Shown: positions 1 through 10,483 of the stretch, one piece after another | Layout: each line of letters opens with the position of its first letter | Numbering within the stretch: position 1 is the stretch's first letter | Origin: Spirochaetia bacterium | GTDB taxonomy: Bacteria; Spirochaetota; Spirochaetia; CADAEX01 | Direction of reading: 5' to 3' | Assembly (NCBI GenBank): GCA_963662265.2 | Contig: CAXXHA010000001.1 | Location: 64,001-128,000 of the forward strand | Length of the DNA stretch: 64,000 bases | The notes under the pieces: model-generated | Database searches by the model: none | The model's input: the letters and a program-made list of their open reading frames with translations, nothing else | Told to the model about the DNA's origin: nothing | Translations under genes and position numbers: made by a program

Positions 1-326
1 TGTCGACCAGTATTACAATTTCCAGGTGATACCTTGATATGCATTTAATAAATTTGGGGTAATTCGTATTCAAAAAGGTTTTCTTCCGGAATATCTGACA
101 CAGGCTCTGATTCTATTATTGACTTCAAACCGGAATATGCGGGATAAACAACCTTCGAAAACAGGTCTTCCTTGTTTTTGAAGTAGGAATATATAAGTCC
201 TGTAGGGATTCCGGATTTCTCTGCAATATTTTTCATTGTTGTAAATTTATATCCATTTGAATAAAACATATCGCGGGCAGCATCTTTAATCCTGTTGTAT
301 ATTTCTTCCTTCAGTACCTGTGCCAA
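1..326 (-). CDS. TetR/AcrR family regulator (3'-partial, apparent +1 frameshift near 57)
   Basis: N-terminal HTH (ARDMFYSNGYKFTTMKNIAEKSGIPTGLIYSYFKNKEDLF). Removing one C from the CCCC run restores a frame (LPKFIKCISRYHLEIVILVD) that runs off the window edge. Confidence 0.85.
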
Positions 327-342
327 ATTGCAACCTTCTTCA

Positions 343-364
343 ATATTGAATTCTCATTCAATAT
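343..364. promoter_or_regulatory. Palindromic operator, probable TetR autoregulation site
   Basis: ATATTGAAT-tctc-ATTCAATAT overlaps the -10 of a minus-strand TTGACG-17-TATATT promoter (388-360). Confidence 0.6.
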
Positions 365-594
365 AAAACTATTAAATACAATCGTCAATCACTTTATAAT
401 CACCGATTCAGCAGGCAGATGTCAAACTGCCTGCCTGGGGAACTGTCTGTGCCTTGTAAAGATAAAAAAGCAAAAGGCTACAGCTTCTGTAAGGCGTTAT
501 CCCGGCCGCAGACCACACAACCCTGATCCCCAAAATAAGCACAGAATATCAGATCCGACCTGCAAATATTCCATGAAAATAATTTTATATCCTT

Positions 595-1484
595 TTAATA
601 TGTTGCTGTAACATTTTCATCAACCGCAACTATGTAATCAGCTCTTCCAATATATTGCTCTTCCAGCTTCCCCACTTCTGCCTGAAGAACAGTTGTAAGA
701 GTCTTTATACCTGCCCCTGGAATCTGTTTATTAATATACCAGATAATTGATTCATGATTATCTGAATGATAAGAACCGTTAAAGTGGATGAACAATTCCC
801 CTTCTCTGCAGTTATTCAACACAATTATATGCCATAGAAGCATCCTTGACTGCCTGAGCCTCGGCAAGATGTAGTTTTTTTTCAGATCCAATCATGTTTT
901 TCAGCTTCATTCCCATCGAAGACCCTGATATGTTTTTATAGCAGGGAAGATCACTGTCAAAAAGAACAGGCAGGGGTGGAATATATTTCTTTGCTTCATC
1001 GCTTAGAGACTCAAGAGAATCAAGCCCCCTGTAGTTCACAAATGATGCATAACGCCTCGGAATATTTGTTGCAATAAAACGAATCCCATTTTCACGGGCA
1101 AAGGTGACTATCGGTTTATAATCCGTTGAATAATTCGGCCAGAGCCTCATATTATCCTCAAACCGCTTTTCATCAATTATTCCGGCAAGATACTCATCAA
1201 GAATAAGCTGATTATCTGTCTCAAAGAATTCTGCCCCGAGAACAATGTCTTTTTTAATCCTGTAAAGGTCTTCTGATATTTCAAGTTCAAGCCAGTGGGA
1301 AACAGAATTATTGTGCAATTCCCCAAAAAAGAAATAATCACAATTGGCAATACCATCAATCATTTCAGAATATTTAATCCTTTTTCCCTCAATATCATAA
1401 AAGGCATTATAATTCTTTTGCATTGGCAGCAAAAGGACAAACTGCAGACATACAAAAAACTGATATAAACAACCTGAAAAACAC
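595..1484 (-). CDS. ChaN family iron-regulated (haem-binding) exported protein, two apparent +1 frameshifts
   Basis: GELHNN, LGAEFFETDNQ, AQAVKDASMA and HFNGSYHSD motifs spread over ORFs 812-1432 and 595-891. GTG start at 1484 with RBS and signal peptide; frames join if single bases are removed near 1411 and 818. Confidence 0.8.
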
Positions 1485-1563
1485 TCTTCCCCCCTTATCT
1501 ATTTGACTATCTGTCACTTGACAAATTAACGAACAATGTTCATTATTCATATATATAAGTTTA

Positions 1564-1577
1564 TTAGTTATATCTAA
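1564..1577. promoter_or_regulatory. TTAG-N6-CTAA box in chaN promoter
   Basis: TTAGTTATATCTAA lies in the spacer of minus-strand TTGACA-17-TAAACT. Confidence 0.75.
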
Positions 1578-1628
1578 TCATGTCAATGCAACGACAGTAT
1601 AAGTTAACTATTTATAAAGCAGGTAAAT

Positions 1629-3018
1629 ATGAAAGATATGAGAAAAGATCTTCTTGAAGAAAGCATGGGGAAACTGTTCATAAAAATGGCAATCCCGGGA
1701 ATGGCAGGTATGAATAGTCATTGGACTCTACAACCTTGTAGACAGCATCTTTGTAGGGCAATTCATAGGTCCGGAGGCTGTTTCCGCGGTTACAATGGGG
1801 TATGCGGTAATCCTTGTAAACCAGGCAATCCTGAGTCTTTTTGCAACAGGAGCAACATCTGTATTTTCAAGAGCACTCGGGGCAAATGACAGAAATACAA
1901 TGAACAAGGTATTTGGAAATGTCTTCTGGCCTGTGTCATTTCTCTCACTAATCCTTACATTTTTCACATATTATTTTGCAGAGGAAATACTGCTTCTTCT
2001 GGGAGCTGAAGGGAAAATACTTGTTCTGGGAATTGAATATATGAAAATACTGTCACTTGGTTTCATATTTGGAGCACTTGGACCTGCGCTGAATTTCCTT
2101 ATCAGGGGAGAAGGAAAGATGGGCAGTGCCATGAAAATAATCGCTGCAGGGACAATTATCAACATAGCGCTTGATCCTGTATTTATCATCGTCTTTGGGA
2201 TGGGAATCAAAGGAGCCGCTGTAGCAACAATTATAGGGCAGGCTCTTATAGTTGCAGGTGACTTTATCCATTTCTTTTCAAAGAACAGCTCTATCAGTAT
2301 TTCTCCGAAAAGTTTCAGATTATCATTTGACATAATGCCGGAAATAATAAAAATCGGCATATCAGGAATGTTTATGTCTATCGCTGTTGCTGTTCAGCTG
2401 TCAATACTGCTCTCTCTGAGTTCTGTTTACAGCATTTCAAGCAATATAGTTATGAGCGTAGCTTTCAGAGTCATGAGTTTCTTTTATATTCCTATTTTCG
2501 GTATTTCATACGGGCTGCAGCCTGTAATAGGAGCCAACTACGGGGCAGGATTATATGAAAGAGTGAGAAAATCATTCTTCTTTTTCTTAAAAATATCTTC
2601 TGTTATTTCAGGTGCTCTGTGGCTCTTTTTCCAGCTTTGCGCCCCTTTCATTCTTTCATGCTTTATAACAGATACTGAAATTGTAGCAAAGGGAATTGTT
2701 CTTTTCAGAATATTCATGTCCAGTTTTATTCTTTATGGTTTTATTGCATTGGCAATAATGCTCTTTATGGCTATTGGAAATGCCGGCAAGGGAGCACTGC
2801 TGACAATGGGGAGACAGATATTTTGCTTCATTCCTCTGGCATTCATACTCCCCAGACTGATGGGAGAAAAAGGGGTATGGCTTTCCTATCCTCTTGGAGA
2901 TTTACTTGTAACAGTGTTCGGACTTATAATTGTTTCAACAGAATTAAAGATGCTTAAAAAAATACAATTACAAAAATCAACATCCCCCGCTGCAAGAAAC
3001 AGGGATGTTGATCTGTAA
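1629..3018 (+). CDS. MATE family efflux transporter (MepA-like), apparent +1 frameshift near 1713
   Basis: The N-terminus MGKLFIKMAIPGMAGM joins IVIGLYNLVDSIFVG after removing one A. NIALDPVFIIVFGMGIKGAAVATIIGQ and QPVIGANYGA motifs present. Confidence 0.88.
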
Positions 3019-3203
3019 GGTATTGTTTGTATGACAGTATTAGTACACTTCGGACACAATGTACTATCAAAGCCATACAGTAAAATATAAAAACAGGCAG
3101 CGTGCGGGAGTAATGGCCGCATTGTAAGCGGCTCCCCCGGAAAAGTTAAGACAAGAAGTTAAAACCTTATTAAACACGCCCTGCGAATAAAGGAGACTGA
3201 ATA

Positions 3204-4217
3204 ATGTTTTTGCCTGAACTTTCAATTGATTTTAAGAAACTATACGATCTTCAATACGGAGGGATTAAAGCATGGCTTCTCATGAATGCAGTTGAATTAA
3301 ATATTTTCAACCAGACAGAAAGCTATAATTGTACGGAAAATATAGCTGAAAAACTTAATCTTCATAAAGGCAATACAGAACTGTTTTTAAATGCGCTCTG
3401 TTCTTTAAAGCTGCTGAGAAAAAAAGACAACTGCTTCATAAACACAGAACTGTCAAGCACCTTTCTTGTTGAAGGAAAAGAAACCTATATAGGTGCTTTT
3501 CTTATTATGAATAACGAATGGATACTTCAAAGCAAACAGCAGATGAAGGATTTTCTGATAAAAGGTCCCGGCTCAGGATATAATGAAACTACTTTCTCCG
3601 ATGAAAGTTTTAAAAAACATACCAGAGCTATGAGAGACTTTTCCCGTTCCGGGCCATCTCAAACAGTTTCAGAAATAATAAGCAGACTCCCTGAATTTCC
3701 AAACATGAAAAAAATGCTCGACCTTGGAGGAGCTCATGGAATTGACAGTATTGCAACTGTTCTTAAAAATCCCGGGATAAAAAGCACTGTATTTGACAAG
3801 CCCCCTATTGCAAGAACAACTGAAGAAATAATCCGGGACTACGGAATGGAAAAAAAGATAGATGTGATGGCAGGAGACTATACGACTGATTCAATCGGGA
3901 ATAATTATGATCTTGTTTATGCACGGGCGACATTCAACTTCATAAAAGACAACCTTAATCCTGTATTTAAAAAAATATACTGCGCGCTGAACAAAGGGGG
4001 AGTATTTATATCTCTTCATGACGGTTTTTCTGAAAATAAAACGGCACCGGAAGATATGGTTATCAGCTGGTTCTCTTCTTCAATATCAACATATGATTTT
4101 TCAATGCCGCAGGATCTGGTAGCAGATAAAATGCTTGAAACCGGTTTTAGAAATGTCCATACAAAAACGCTGTCTCTTTCAATAGGGACCATGGACCTTG
4201 TTATTGCAAGAAAATAA
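3204..4217 (+). CDS. SAM-dependent O-methyltransferase with dimerisation domain
   Basis: MLDLGGAHG motif I, AGDY motif, N-terminal winged-helix dimerisation region; RBS AAGGAG. Confidence 0.85.
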   Translation: MFLPELSIDFKKLYDLQYGGIKAWLLMNAVELNIFNQTESYNCTENIAEKLNLHKGNTELFLNALCSLKLLRKKDNCFINTELSSTFLVEGKETYIGAFLIMNNEWILQSKQQMKDFLIKGPGSGYNETTFSDESFKKHTRAMRDFSRSGPSQTVSEIISRLPEFPNMKKMLDLGGAHGIDSIATVLKNPGIKSTVFDKPPIARTTEEIIRDYGMEKKIDVMAGDYTTDSIGNNYDLVYARATFNFIKDNLNPVFKKIYCALNKGGVFISLHDGFSENKTAPEDMVISWFSSSISTYDFSMPQDLVADKMLETGFRNVHTKTLSLSIGTMDLVIARK

Positions 4218-4452
4218 TTTTTTTCAACAAAAGAATAAAACCTGATTGTTCAGTTATTTCATTACAGCTAAACTTAAACTGCCTGGCATAATATTTTTCT
4301 TAAACCAGGCAGTTTTTTATCTTTCAGCTCCCTCCCTGTATTTTATTTACAGGAGACTGTTTTCAGCTTATAAACATTACACTTAAAAAGTTTATAAAAA
4401 TCTCAAACACCCGCTGTTGCGGATTTTAACTTAGATTCCCGCCCATACAGAC

Positions 4453-4800
4453 TTATTTGATTATGCTGTTCACAATTAAAGGGGCAGCTTTTACTCCCGC
4501 GATAACAAACAAAGCGATAATAAATGTCTCAAATCCGGCCTTCACATTTATACCGCCCATTATTACCGCGGCACACAGATCTGTCAGAACACAGACTGCC
4601 AAAGCGCCGGCAATTCCAAGTTTACCAAAAACCATTACCATCAGCATTAGAATAGGAATGGAACATAATGTCCCTGTTAAAACAATCATAAGTACAGATG
4701 AATTTGTGTTTTTAGATATAAGAGGAAGCATTCCGGCCATTCTGGGACAAACAACAAAAAAACCAAATGAAAGGCTTGCAAGAAGCAGTTCTTTTGCCAT
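4453..4800 (-). CDS. Small multi-TM membrane protein of unknown function
   Basis: Hydrophobic 115-aa ORF with RBS AAGGAG. Confidence 0.7.
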   Translation of the reverse strand: MAKELLLASLSFGFFVVCPRMAGMLPLISKNTNSSVLMIVLTGTLCSIPILMLMVMVFGKLGIAGALAVCVLTDLCAAVIMGGINVKAGFETFIIALFVIAGVKAAPLIVNSIIK

Positions 4801-4972
4801 AAAAACTCCTTAATAAATAGTATTCTATTTCATTATTTAAAATTAACATTAAAAAGAGCCGGAAATTTATCCGGCCCTGATCTCATATTTTTAACAGTTA
4901 ATTCAGTACCTTAGGGGATCTCAAAAAACGCTTTAGCGTTTTTTTCCATGAAGGCCCCATCTACCTTATAAC

Positions 4973-5467
4973 CTATTTAATAAGATCTTTTATTTTTTCA
5001 GCCCATGCCTCGACTCTGCCTTCTGTAAGATCAGACTGGTTGTCCTCATCAAGCGGAAGCCCGACAAATTCTCCGTCTATAACAGCAGCTGATGATGAAT
5101 ATGAATATCCGTCTGTACTGCATTTACCCACTATATGTGCCCCTGTCTCAACAACAGCTTCATAAATAATACCCATTGCATCCACAAAAGTGTCACCCCA
5201 TCCTTCCTGGTCTCCAAATCCGAATAAAGCGACATTTTTTCCTGAAAGATCACAATTCTTCAGAGTATTGATTCCTGATTCCCAGTCATCCTGAAGATCC
5301 CCTGCTCCCCATGTTGAGGAACCGAGAACAAGAGATGAACAGCTGTTGATAAATACCTCATCAACATCTGAAATGTTTTTCACTTCAGCGCCGTTGATTT
5401 TATCAGCAATTATTCCGGCTGCTCTTTCTGTGTTTCCTGTTGATGATCCATAAATAATACCAACCAT
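4973..5467 (-). CDS. fldA: Long-chain flavodoxin
   Basis: YGSSTGNT FMN loop, STWGAGDLQDDW, FGDQ and GLPLDEDNQ motifs. Confidence 0.95.
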   Translation of the reverse strand: MVGIIYGSSTGNTERAAGIIADKINGAEVKNISDVDEVFINSCSSLVLGSSTWGAGDLQDDWESGINTLKNCDLSGKNVALFGFGDQEGWGDTFVDAMGIIYEAVVETGAHIVGKCSTDGYSYSSSAAVIDGEFVGLPLDEDNQSDLTEGRVEAWAEKIKDLIK

Positions 5468-5544
5468 ACAAAACCTCCGTTGTACAGCAGATAACCATTA
5501 CAGGTTATCTGCAATTATTTTATTTTTATTTATTGCTTCTTTCA

Positions 5545-6489
5545 TCAGCAGACAGCTTTTATCTGCTCGCTTAAAGTACTAACAGCTGTATTTTTCAGAT
5601 ACAGAATATTCTTATTTTCCTTTTTGCATATTTTTTTCATTGATTTACAGGCTGAATGACTGATACAGTCAAGGGCACAGATAACAATATCTGCCTTAAG
5701 AGCTGTAGATGACAGTTTCTTCTTGGAATCTTCAAGACCTCCGTCATGATGAACGAAAAGGCCGTTTCCGGATTCAACAATTTCCCGGCAGTATTCTTTA
5801 AGCTTTTTACGCCCTCCCACCAGCAGTACTGTTTTACTTGAAAGATCAACAGAACTCTTTATAGAATCTATTCTATTTTTATATTCACAGTTATTCTGTT
5901 CAAAACAGCTGCATTCATCGTCATATTCAAATCCTTCAACACTGCAGTTTTCAAACTCAAGCCTGCTTATCTCTTCCTTCAGAATCATTTCATTGATTTC
6001 GTATTCTTCAATTCTGTTTTTAATAGTTTTTAAATCGTATTCATTTTTCCTGATAATGAAATCTTTTTCCTGCAGGTCTTTCTCAAGATGATTGATTTTT
6101 GTTTTGTAATTACAGGCTACTGTTTTATTCTGATCATGCTGTTCTGTCTTTATTAAATTATTTTTCCTATCCGCTCCATTCTTACGCTTCACAAATCTTC
6201 TGCACTGTATGATAAGATCATACCCAAGCATTGCGCCCAGAATAAAATCCTCGGTATCAGAAAGTTTATCAAGCTCAAGTGTTTGGAAATTACGAAGAAC
6301 ATTTATACATTCTCCGGCACCGAAAAATACATTTATTTTCTCAGAAGAAACATCATCAACAATATAACTTATTTCATGTTTTTCAAGCTTATCAATAATT
6401 CTTTCTTTTTCACTTACAGGGCCGGTGTACAAAACAAGTTTTCTCAACCCTTTTTTATATTCATATATGTGATGCACAAAGATCTTCAT
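5545..6489 (-). CDS. DUF2023 - coiled coil - DUF2325 fusion protein
   Basis: N-terminal HHIYEYKKGLRKL...DFILGAMLGYD (DUF2023). C-terminal VLLVGG...HHDGG...ADIVICALDCISH (DUF2325). Confidence 0.75.
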   Translation of the reverse strand: MKIFVHHIYEYKKGLRKLVLYTGPVSEKERIIDKLEKHEISYIVDDVSSEKINVFFGAGECINVLRNFQTLELDKLSDTEDFILGAMLGYDLIIQCRRFVKRKNGADRKNNLIKTEQHDQNKTVACNYKTKINHLEKDLQEKDFIIRKNEYDLKTIKNRIEEYEINEMILKEEISRLEFENCSVEGFEYDDECSCFEQNNCEYKNRIDSIKSSVDLSSKTVLLVGGRKKLKEYCREIVESGNGLFVHHDGGLEDSKKKLSSTALKADIVICALDCISHSACKSMKKICKKENKNILYLKNTAVSTLSEQIKAVC

Positions 6490-7118
6490 CCATTATCTCC
6501 TTACTGCTGATATATCTTCCCAGAACATTAACCATTGATTCAACAACTTCACTGGAGTATTTTATCCCTGCCTCATTTTTTATCATCCTGACTGCTTCAG
6601 CGGGATTTACAGGATCCTTGTAAGTCCTGAAAGTTGTCATGGCATCATAGGTATCAGCAACAGCAATTATCTTAGCCCCGGTGCTGATTTTATCACCACT
6701 CAGTCCGCAGGGATAACCGCTCCCGTCAATCCGTTCATGGTGCTGAACAACTATCTCTGCAATTGATTCAAATCCAGGTATATCTTTCAGAATTTTCCAG
6801 CCTATCCTTGAATGCTCTTTTATAACTTCATACTCACAGTCTTTCAGACTTCCTGTTTTCAGCAAAATACCATCAGGTATTCCAATCTTGCCAATGTCAT
6901 GCAGATGCCCCGCAATGTGAAGACCTTCACAACTGCTTTTTGACAACCCCATATCTCCTGCTATAAGCTCAGACAGAACAGCCACCCGGTCTGAATGACC
7001 AGCTGTATACTGATCCCTCGCCTCAAGAGCATTGGTCAAACTCTCCAGAAAACTGTGAAAAGTTATCCTGTTGATATTGAAATCAGCCACAAACCATATC
7101 CATATTAACTACTGTCAT
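6461..7118 (-). CDS. Stand-alone HD-GYP phosphodiesterase (apparent +1 frameshift near 7092)
   Basis: ARDQYTAGHS, LHDIGKIG and HHERIDGSGYP motifs. The ATG at 7118 has RBS AAGGGAG and joins the frame after removing one T. Confidence 0.9.
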
Positions 7119-7168
7119 AAGACTCCCTTAAATATCCATGTCACACTAATAAGTTTTTACTATTTTTG

Positions 7169-7182
7169 TTAGTCTTATCTAA
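7169..7182. promoter_or_regulatory. TTAG-N6-CTAA box at HD-GYP/flavodoxin operon promoter
   Basis: TTAGTCTTATCTAA abuts the -10 of minus-strand TTGACA-17-TAAAAT. Confidence 0.78.
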
Positions 7183-7304
7183 TTTTATATACTACATCTC
7201 GTTGTGTCAATATTTATTTGAAAGAATAATTACTTAATCATAACTTCGACAAATATTCCTGATGAAACTCAGGCTATGATTATCCGTTTTTTTAAAAAAA
7301 AGCA

Positions 7305-7341
7305 AAAAAAGGGCCGGATATAATTATTCCGGCCCTTTTCT
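7305..7341 (-). terminator. Rho-independent terminator (bidirectional-looking)
   Basis: AAAAGGGCCGGA...TCCGGCCCTTTT stem with A/T tails. Confidence 0.7.
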
Positions 7342-7615
7342 ATTTAAAAATACTTTTTTAATTCCGAAAAGATACATTTTACAGGAAACATATCCTTTCA
7401 CCTCCATTTCATGTCTGCAGAAAATAACGTCGGCACTTTTCAACGCAGCCATCATGGAGACCAACACAATAAGAAAATTCACAAGCTGATAAAAATGTGC
7501 ATATGGGGCAACATTTTCATCTGGCACTAACAACCTGTATAGCTGCAGAAAACTTCCGCAGCTGTCAGATCTATATCTTCGGGACGGGAAAATCCCGGAA
7601 GAAACTGTTTAATTT

Positions 7616-7792
7616 TTATTTTTTTAAATCCTTACAGGTGCAATTGTCTCCGCAGCATGTTCCCTCGCTGCAGCTGCACGATCCTTCACTGCAGCTGCAG
7701 GAACTTTCTTTTCCTGTAAACAGCCTGTATGACCGTCTGAGCAGAAATACAACAGCAATTGTTACCAATCCACCAACTAGAAATATTTTCAA
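7616..7792 (-). CDS. FeoB-associated Cys-rich small membrane protein
   Basis: TTG start after GAGGAG; one TM helix followed by SSCSCSEGSCSCSEGTCCGDNCTC. Confidence 0.8.
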   Translation of the reverse strand: MKIFLVGGLVTIAVVFLLRRSYRLFTGKESSCSCSEGSCSCSEGTCCGDNCTCKDLKK

Positions 7793-7809
7793 AACACTCT
7801 CCTCGTTTA

Positions 7810-7842
7810 TTAGACACATCTTATATTATTAGTTTATACTAA
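7810..7842. promoter_or_regulatory. Tandem TTAG-N6-CTAA boxes
   Basis: Perfect TTAGTTTATACTAA (7829-7842) overlaps the -10 of TTGACA-17-TAGTAT. Near match TTAGACACATCTTA at 7810-7823. Confidence 0.75.
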
Positions 7843-7973
7843 CTCCAAAACTATAAGATGTCAACAAAATATTTTCTTTAAGCCCAGTCACTATTTTTAA
7901 TATTATTTAATAGCAGTTATTATAAAATATCCAGCTGGTTTTAACCTTTCGCACTGTAAGTATTTATAACTAT

Positions 7974-8813
7974 TTATTCAATCTCTTTTGCTTCTATCCA
8001 GATAACTGCATCCTGTGAAAGCTCTTTTCCATCGAATGTAAGTTCTCCGCCAGCACCAAGTGCAGCAAATCCCCAGAAACCGGCCCTGTTGGGAACAAAT
8101 GAAAAGTTTCCATTTTCATCTGCAATCAGGACTGCAGCACCATGTCCATCTTTTTTAATTTTCTTTTCACCTGTAAAAGCGTTGCTTTTCATATCGATAT
8201 CATAGTTGATATATTCTACTTCAATTTCAGCCCCTGCAACAGGATTTCCCCTGCCGTCTACAACAATACCTCTGAAAATTCCGCCTGCCCACACATCATA
8301 AGGTTTTACAAGAGGAAGTATTTCCGGGTACCCGTCTGCAACCCTGTCTGACCAGTCTGTTGCTATATCAGATTTATTAAGAATAACTTTTGTTATCTGC
8401 TGAATATAGATATCTTCAGCCCCTTCATAGTAGGGATGAGGGATTGCTGTAATTACCCAGTCGCCTGCGCCTCTGAATTTTGATTCTTTATTAAGAACAA
8501 AGTCATATGCAACACCTGAGTTCTCGAGTGATTTAAATTCAATTTCCTTAAGCTTATCTGCAGAATCTACAGTTTTACCTGCATGTGTTATATTAAGTTT
8601 TTCAATTCCCTTAACTTCCCCTTTTTCATTTTTACCAATATCCATTGTGTGGCCGGCATCAAAGGGATGTGTAAAGACAAGTTTCATTGGGACTTCTGTT
8701 GTACTTTCATCAATTACAAATGAATCTGTATGAACCAGCTGAAAATGCGCGAAAGCATTGGCGCCGCTAAAAACAAACATTAAAGCTGATAATATTAATA
8801 ATCCTTTTTTCAT
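7974..8813 (-). CDS. DUF4198 (NikM-like) periplasmic protein, soluble paralog
   Basis: Signal peptide then HFQL, FTHPFDAGHTMD, PYYEGAEDIYIQQITK, GFWGFAALG and QDAVIW motifs. Confidence 0.85.
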   Translation of the reverse strand: MKKGLLILSALMFVFSGANAFAHFQLVHTDSFVIDESTTEVPMKLVFTHPFDAGHTMDIGKNEKGEVKGIEKLNITHAGKTVDSADKLKEIEFKSLENSGVAYDFVLNKESKFRGAGDWVITAIPHPYYEGAEDIYIQQITKVILNKSDIATDWSDRVADGYPEILPLVKPYDVWAGGIFRGIVVDGRGNPVAGAEIEVEYINYDIDMKSNAFTGEKKIKKDGHGAAVLIADENGNFSFVPNRAGFWGFAALGAGGELTFDGKELSQDAVIWIEAKEIE

Positions 8814-8826
8814 TATATTACTCCTT

Positions 8827-9795
8827 TTATTTTTTCTTTTTTCTAAATACTGCTAAAGCAACAACTGCAACAAAAGCAATAACAATATAAATAACAGTAT
8901 TACTGCTCTTCTCTTCTTTTACTTCAGCTTTAGTATCTGCAGAAGGTACAGCTGCTGCTTCAACTTCAAGATTAGCAGCTTCTATCCACAACACTGCGTC
9001 TGAAGAAAGCTCTTTGCCGTCATGAGTCATTTCTCCACCTGCTCCAAGAGCTGCAAATCCCCAGTAGCCTTCTCGGGGTGGAATAAAGTCAAAACAACCT
9101 TCAGCGTTTGCAAGAATTACTGCCGCGCCGTGTCCGTCTTTTTTAATTTTCTTTTCCCCGGAAAACTTGTTTGCTGCCATATCAATATCGTAGTTCATAT
9201 ACTCAACCTCTATTTCAGCAAAAGGCACAGGCTGACCTTCAGAATCAACAACAACTCCGCTGAAAATTCCGCCTGCCCATACATCGTACGGTTTCACCAG
9301 GGGCAGTATTTCAGGATAACCGGGAGCAAGACGTTCCTGCCAGTCTGTCGCAATATCAGACTTGTTTATCATTACCTTTGTGATCTGCTGGATGTAGATA
9401 TCCTCAGCTCCCTCATAGTAGGGATGAGGAACCGCTACAAACACCCAGTCACCGCTTCCTCTCAGCCCGAATTCTTTGTTGAATGTAAAATCAAATGCTG
9501 CTCCTGAATTTTCAAGAGATGCGAATTCAATTTCTTTCAAGCCGGGTTTGATATCTGTTTTTTTCCCTTTATGAACAACAAAGAATTCCTCAAAACCTTT
9601 TACTTCACCAGATTCGTTTTTTCCGATATCCATTGTATGGCCGGCATCAAACGGATGAGTAAAAACCATTTTAAAATCAACTTCTTTCACATCTTCTGCG
9701 ATTTTTGATACAGGTGTATATATCAACTGAAAATGTGAATAAGCTGAAGTAACAGAAAAAAGCAGAAAAACTGCGAGCAATTTAACTATTTTCAT
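8827..9795 (-). CDS. DUF4198 protein with C-terminal membrane anchor
   Basis: Same motifs as 7974-8813, plus a linker, a TM helix and an RKKKK tail. Confidence 0.85.
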   Translation of the reverse strand: MKIVKLLAVFLLFSVTSAYSHFQLIYTPVSKIAEDVKEVDFKMVFTHPFDAGHTMDIGKNESGEVKGFEEFFVVHKGKKTDIKPGLKEIEFASLENSGAAFDFTFNKEFGLRGSGDWVFVAVPHPYYEGAEDIYIQQITKVMINKSDIATDWQERLAPGYPEILPLVKPYDVWAGGIFSGVVVDSEGQPVPFAEIEVEYMNYDIDMAANKFSGEKKIKKDGHGAAVILANAEGCFDFIPPREGYWGFAALGAGGEMTHDGKELSSDAVLWIEAANLEVEAAAVPSADTKAEVKEEKSSNTVIYIVIAFVAVVALAVFRKKKK

Positions 9796-9928
9796 TCTGT
9801 ACCCTCCTTAAAAAATATTTTTATTAAATAATTTATTTTCATCACCACATAATTATTTTTTATGAGGTGAAGAAATCCATATTATAAAGCAAACCGATAT
9901 CAGCCTTTCACCTTTATAAAACCCACTA

Positions 9929-10483
9929 CTACTTTTTCTTTAAAACAAGGATGAGAAGACACATATTTATAAGGCTTACTACAAGTGCAATAATACTTAC
10001 AACAGGAGTTCCTGTATCAGGCATTGCCGCAGCTGTATCCAGGGGAGTCCAGTCCACAGGGGCCTGACTGCCGGAAGAGGATGATTCAGCACTTTTTTCT
10101 GCAGAACTGCCTGAAGATTCGTTTTCTGAAACTTCTGAACCTGCACCGAATCCACCGGGAGGAACAGGTCCCTCTTTTGTAACAACATGGCCGGGGCCGG
10201 CATCAAATGTAATAGTGTATGGCTCACCCGGTATATCAAGGTCCATTTCACTTATATCGGGGAGTTCACCTTCCCATAATGTTTTTCCTGTTTTTATGCT
10301 TTTTACATAAATCGCTACACCTGCAGCGCTTGAACCGTTTGAAAATCCACCCTGAACAAAAACTGTTCCATCGCCATTATCCTCAATGTAAAGAATGGGG
10401 GTATGGGCAAAAACTCCGGAAACAACAACAGCTGCCATAAAAACCACAATTAATAATCTTTTTTTGCATGCAGTCAGATTCAT
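9929..10483 (-). CDS. FpvJ-like exported protein with Ser-rich linker and C-terminal anchor
   Basis: Signal peptide, then HTP...DNGDG...GGFSNGS and FDAGPGH motifs resembling Pseudomonas FpvJ (recalled, not searched); MPDTG-TM-KKK tail. Confidence 0.7.
   Translation of the reverse strand: MNLTACKKRLLIVVFMAAVVVSGVFAHTPILYIEDNGDGTVFVQGGFSNGSSAAGVAIYVKSIKTGKTLWEGELPDISEMDLDIPGEPYTITFDAGPGHVVTKEGPVPPGGFGAGSEVSENESSGSSAEKSAESSSSGSQAPVDWTPLDTAAAMPDTGTPVVSIIALVVSLINMCLLILVLKKK

Noticed and set aside
1529-1543. GAACAATGTTC palindrome in the MATE promoter as a second TetR site
   Set aside because: Short, and its spacing differs from the 343-364 operator; insufficient support.
4457-4813. Plus-strand 118-aa ORF and the many similar short antisense ORFs in the track
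   Set aside because: They are shadows of better-supported genes on the opposite strand.
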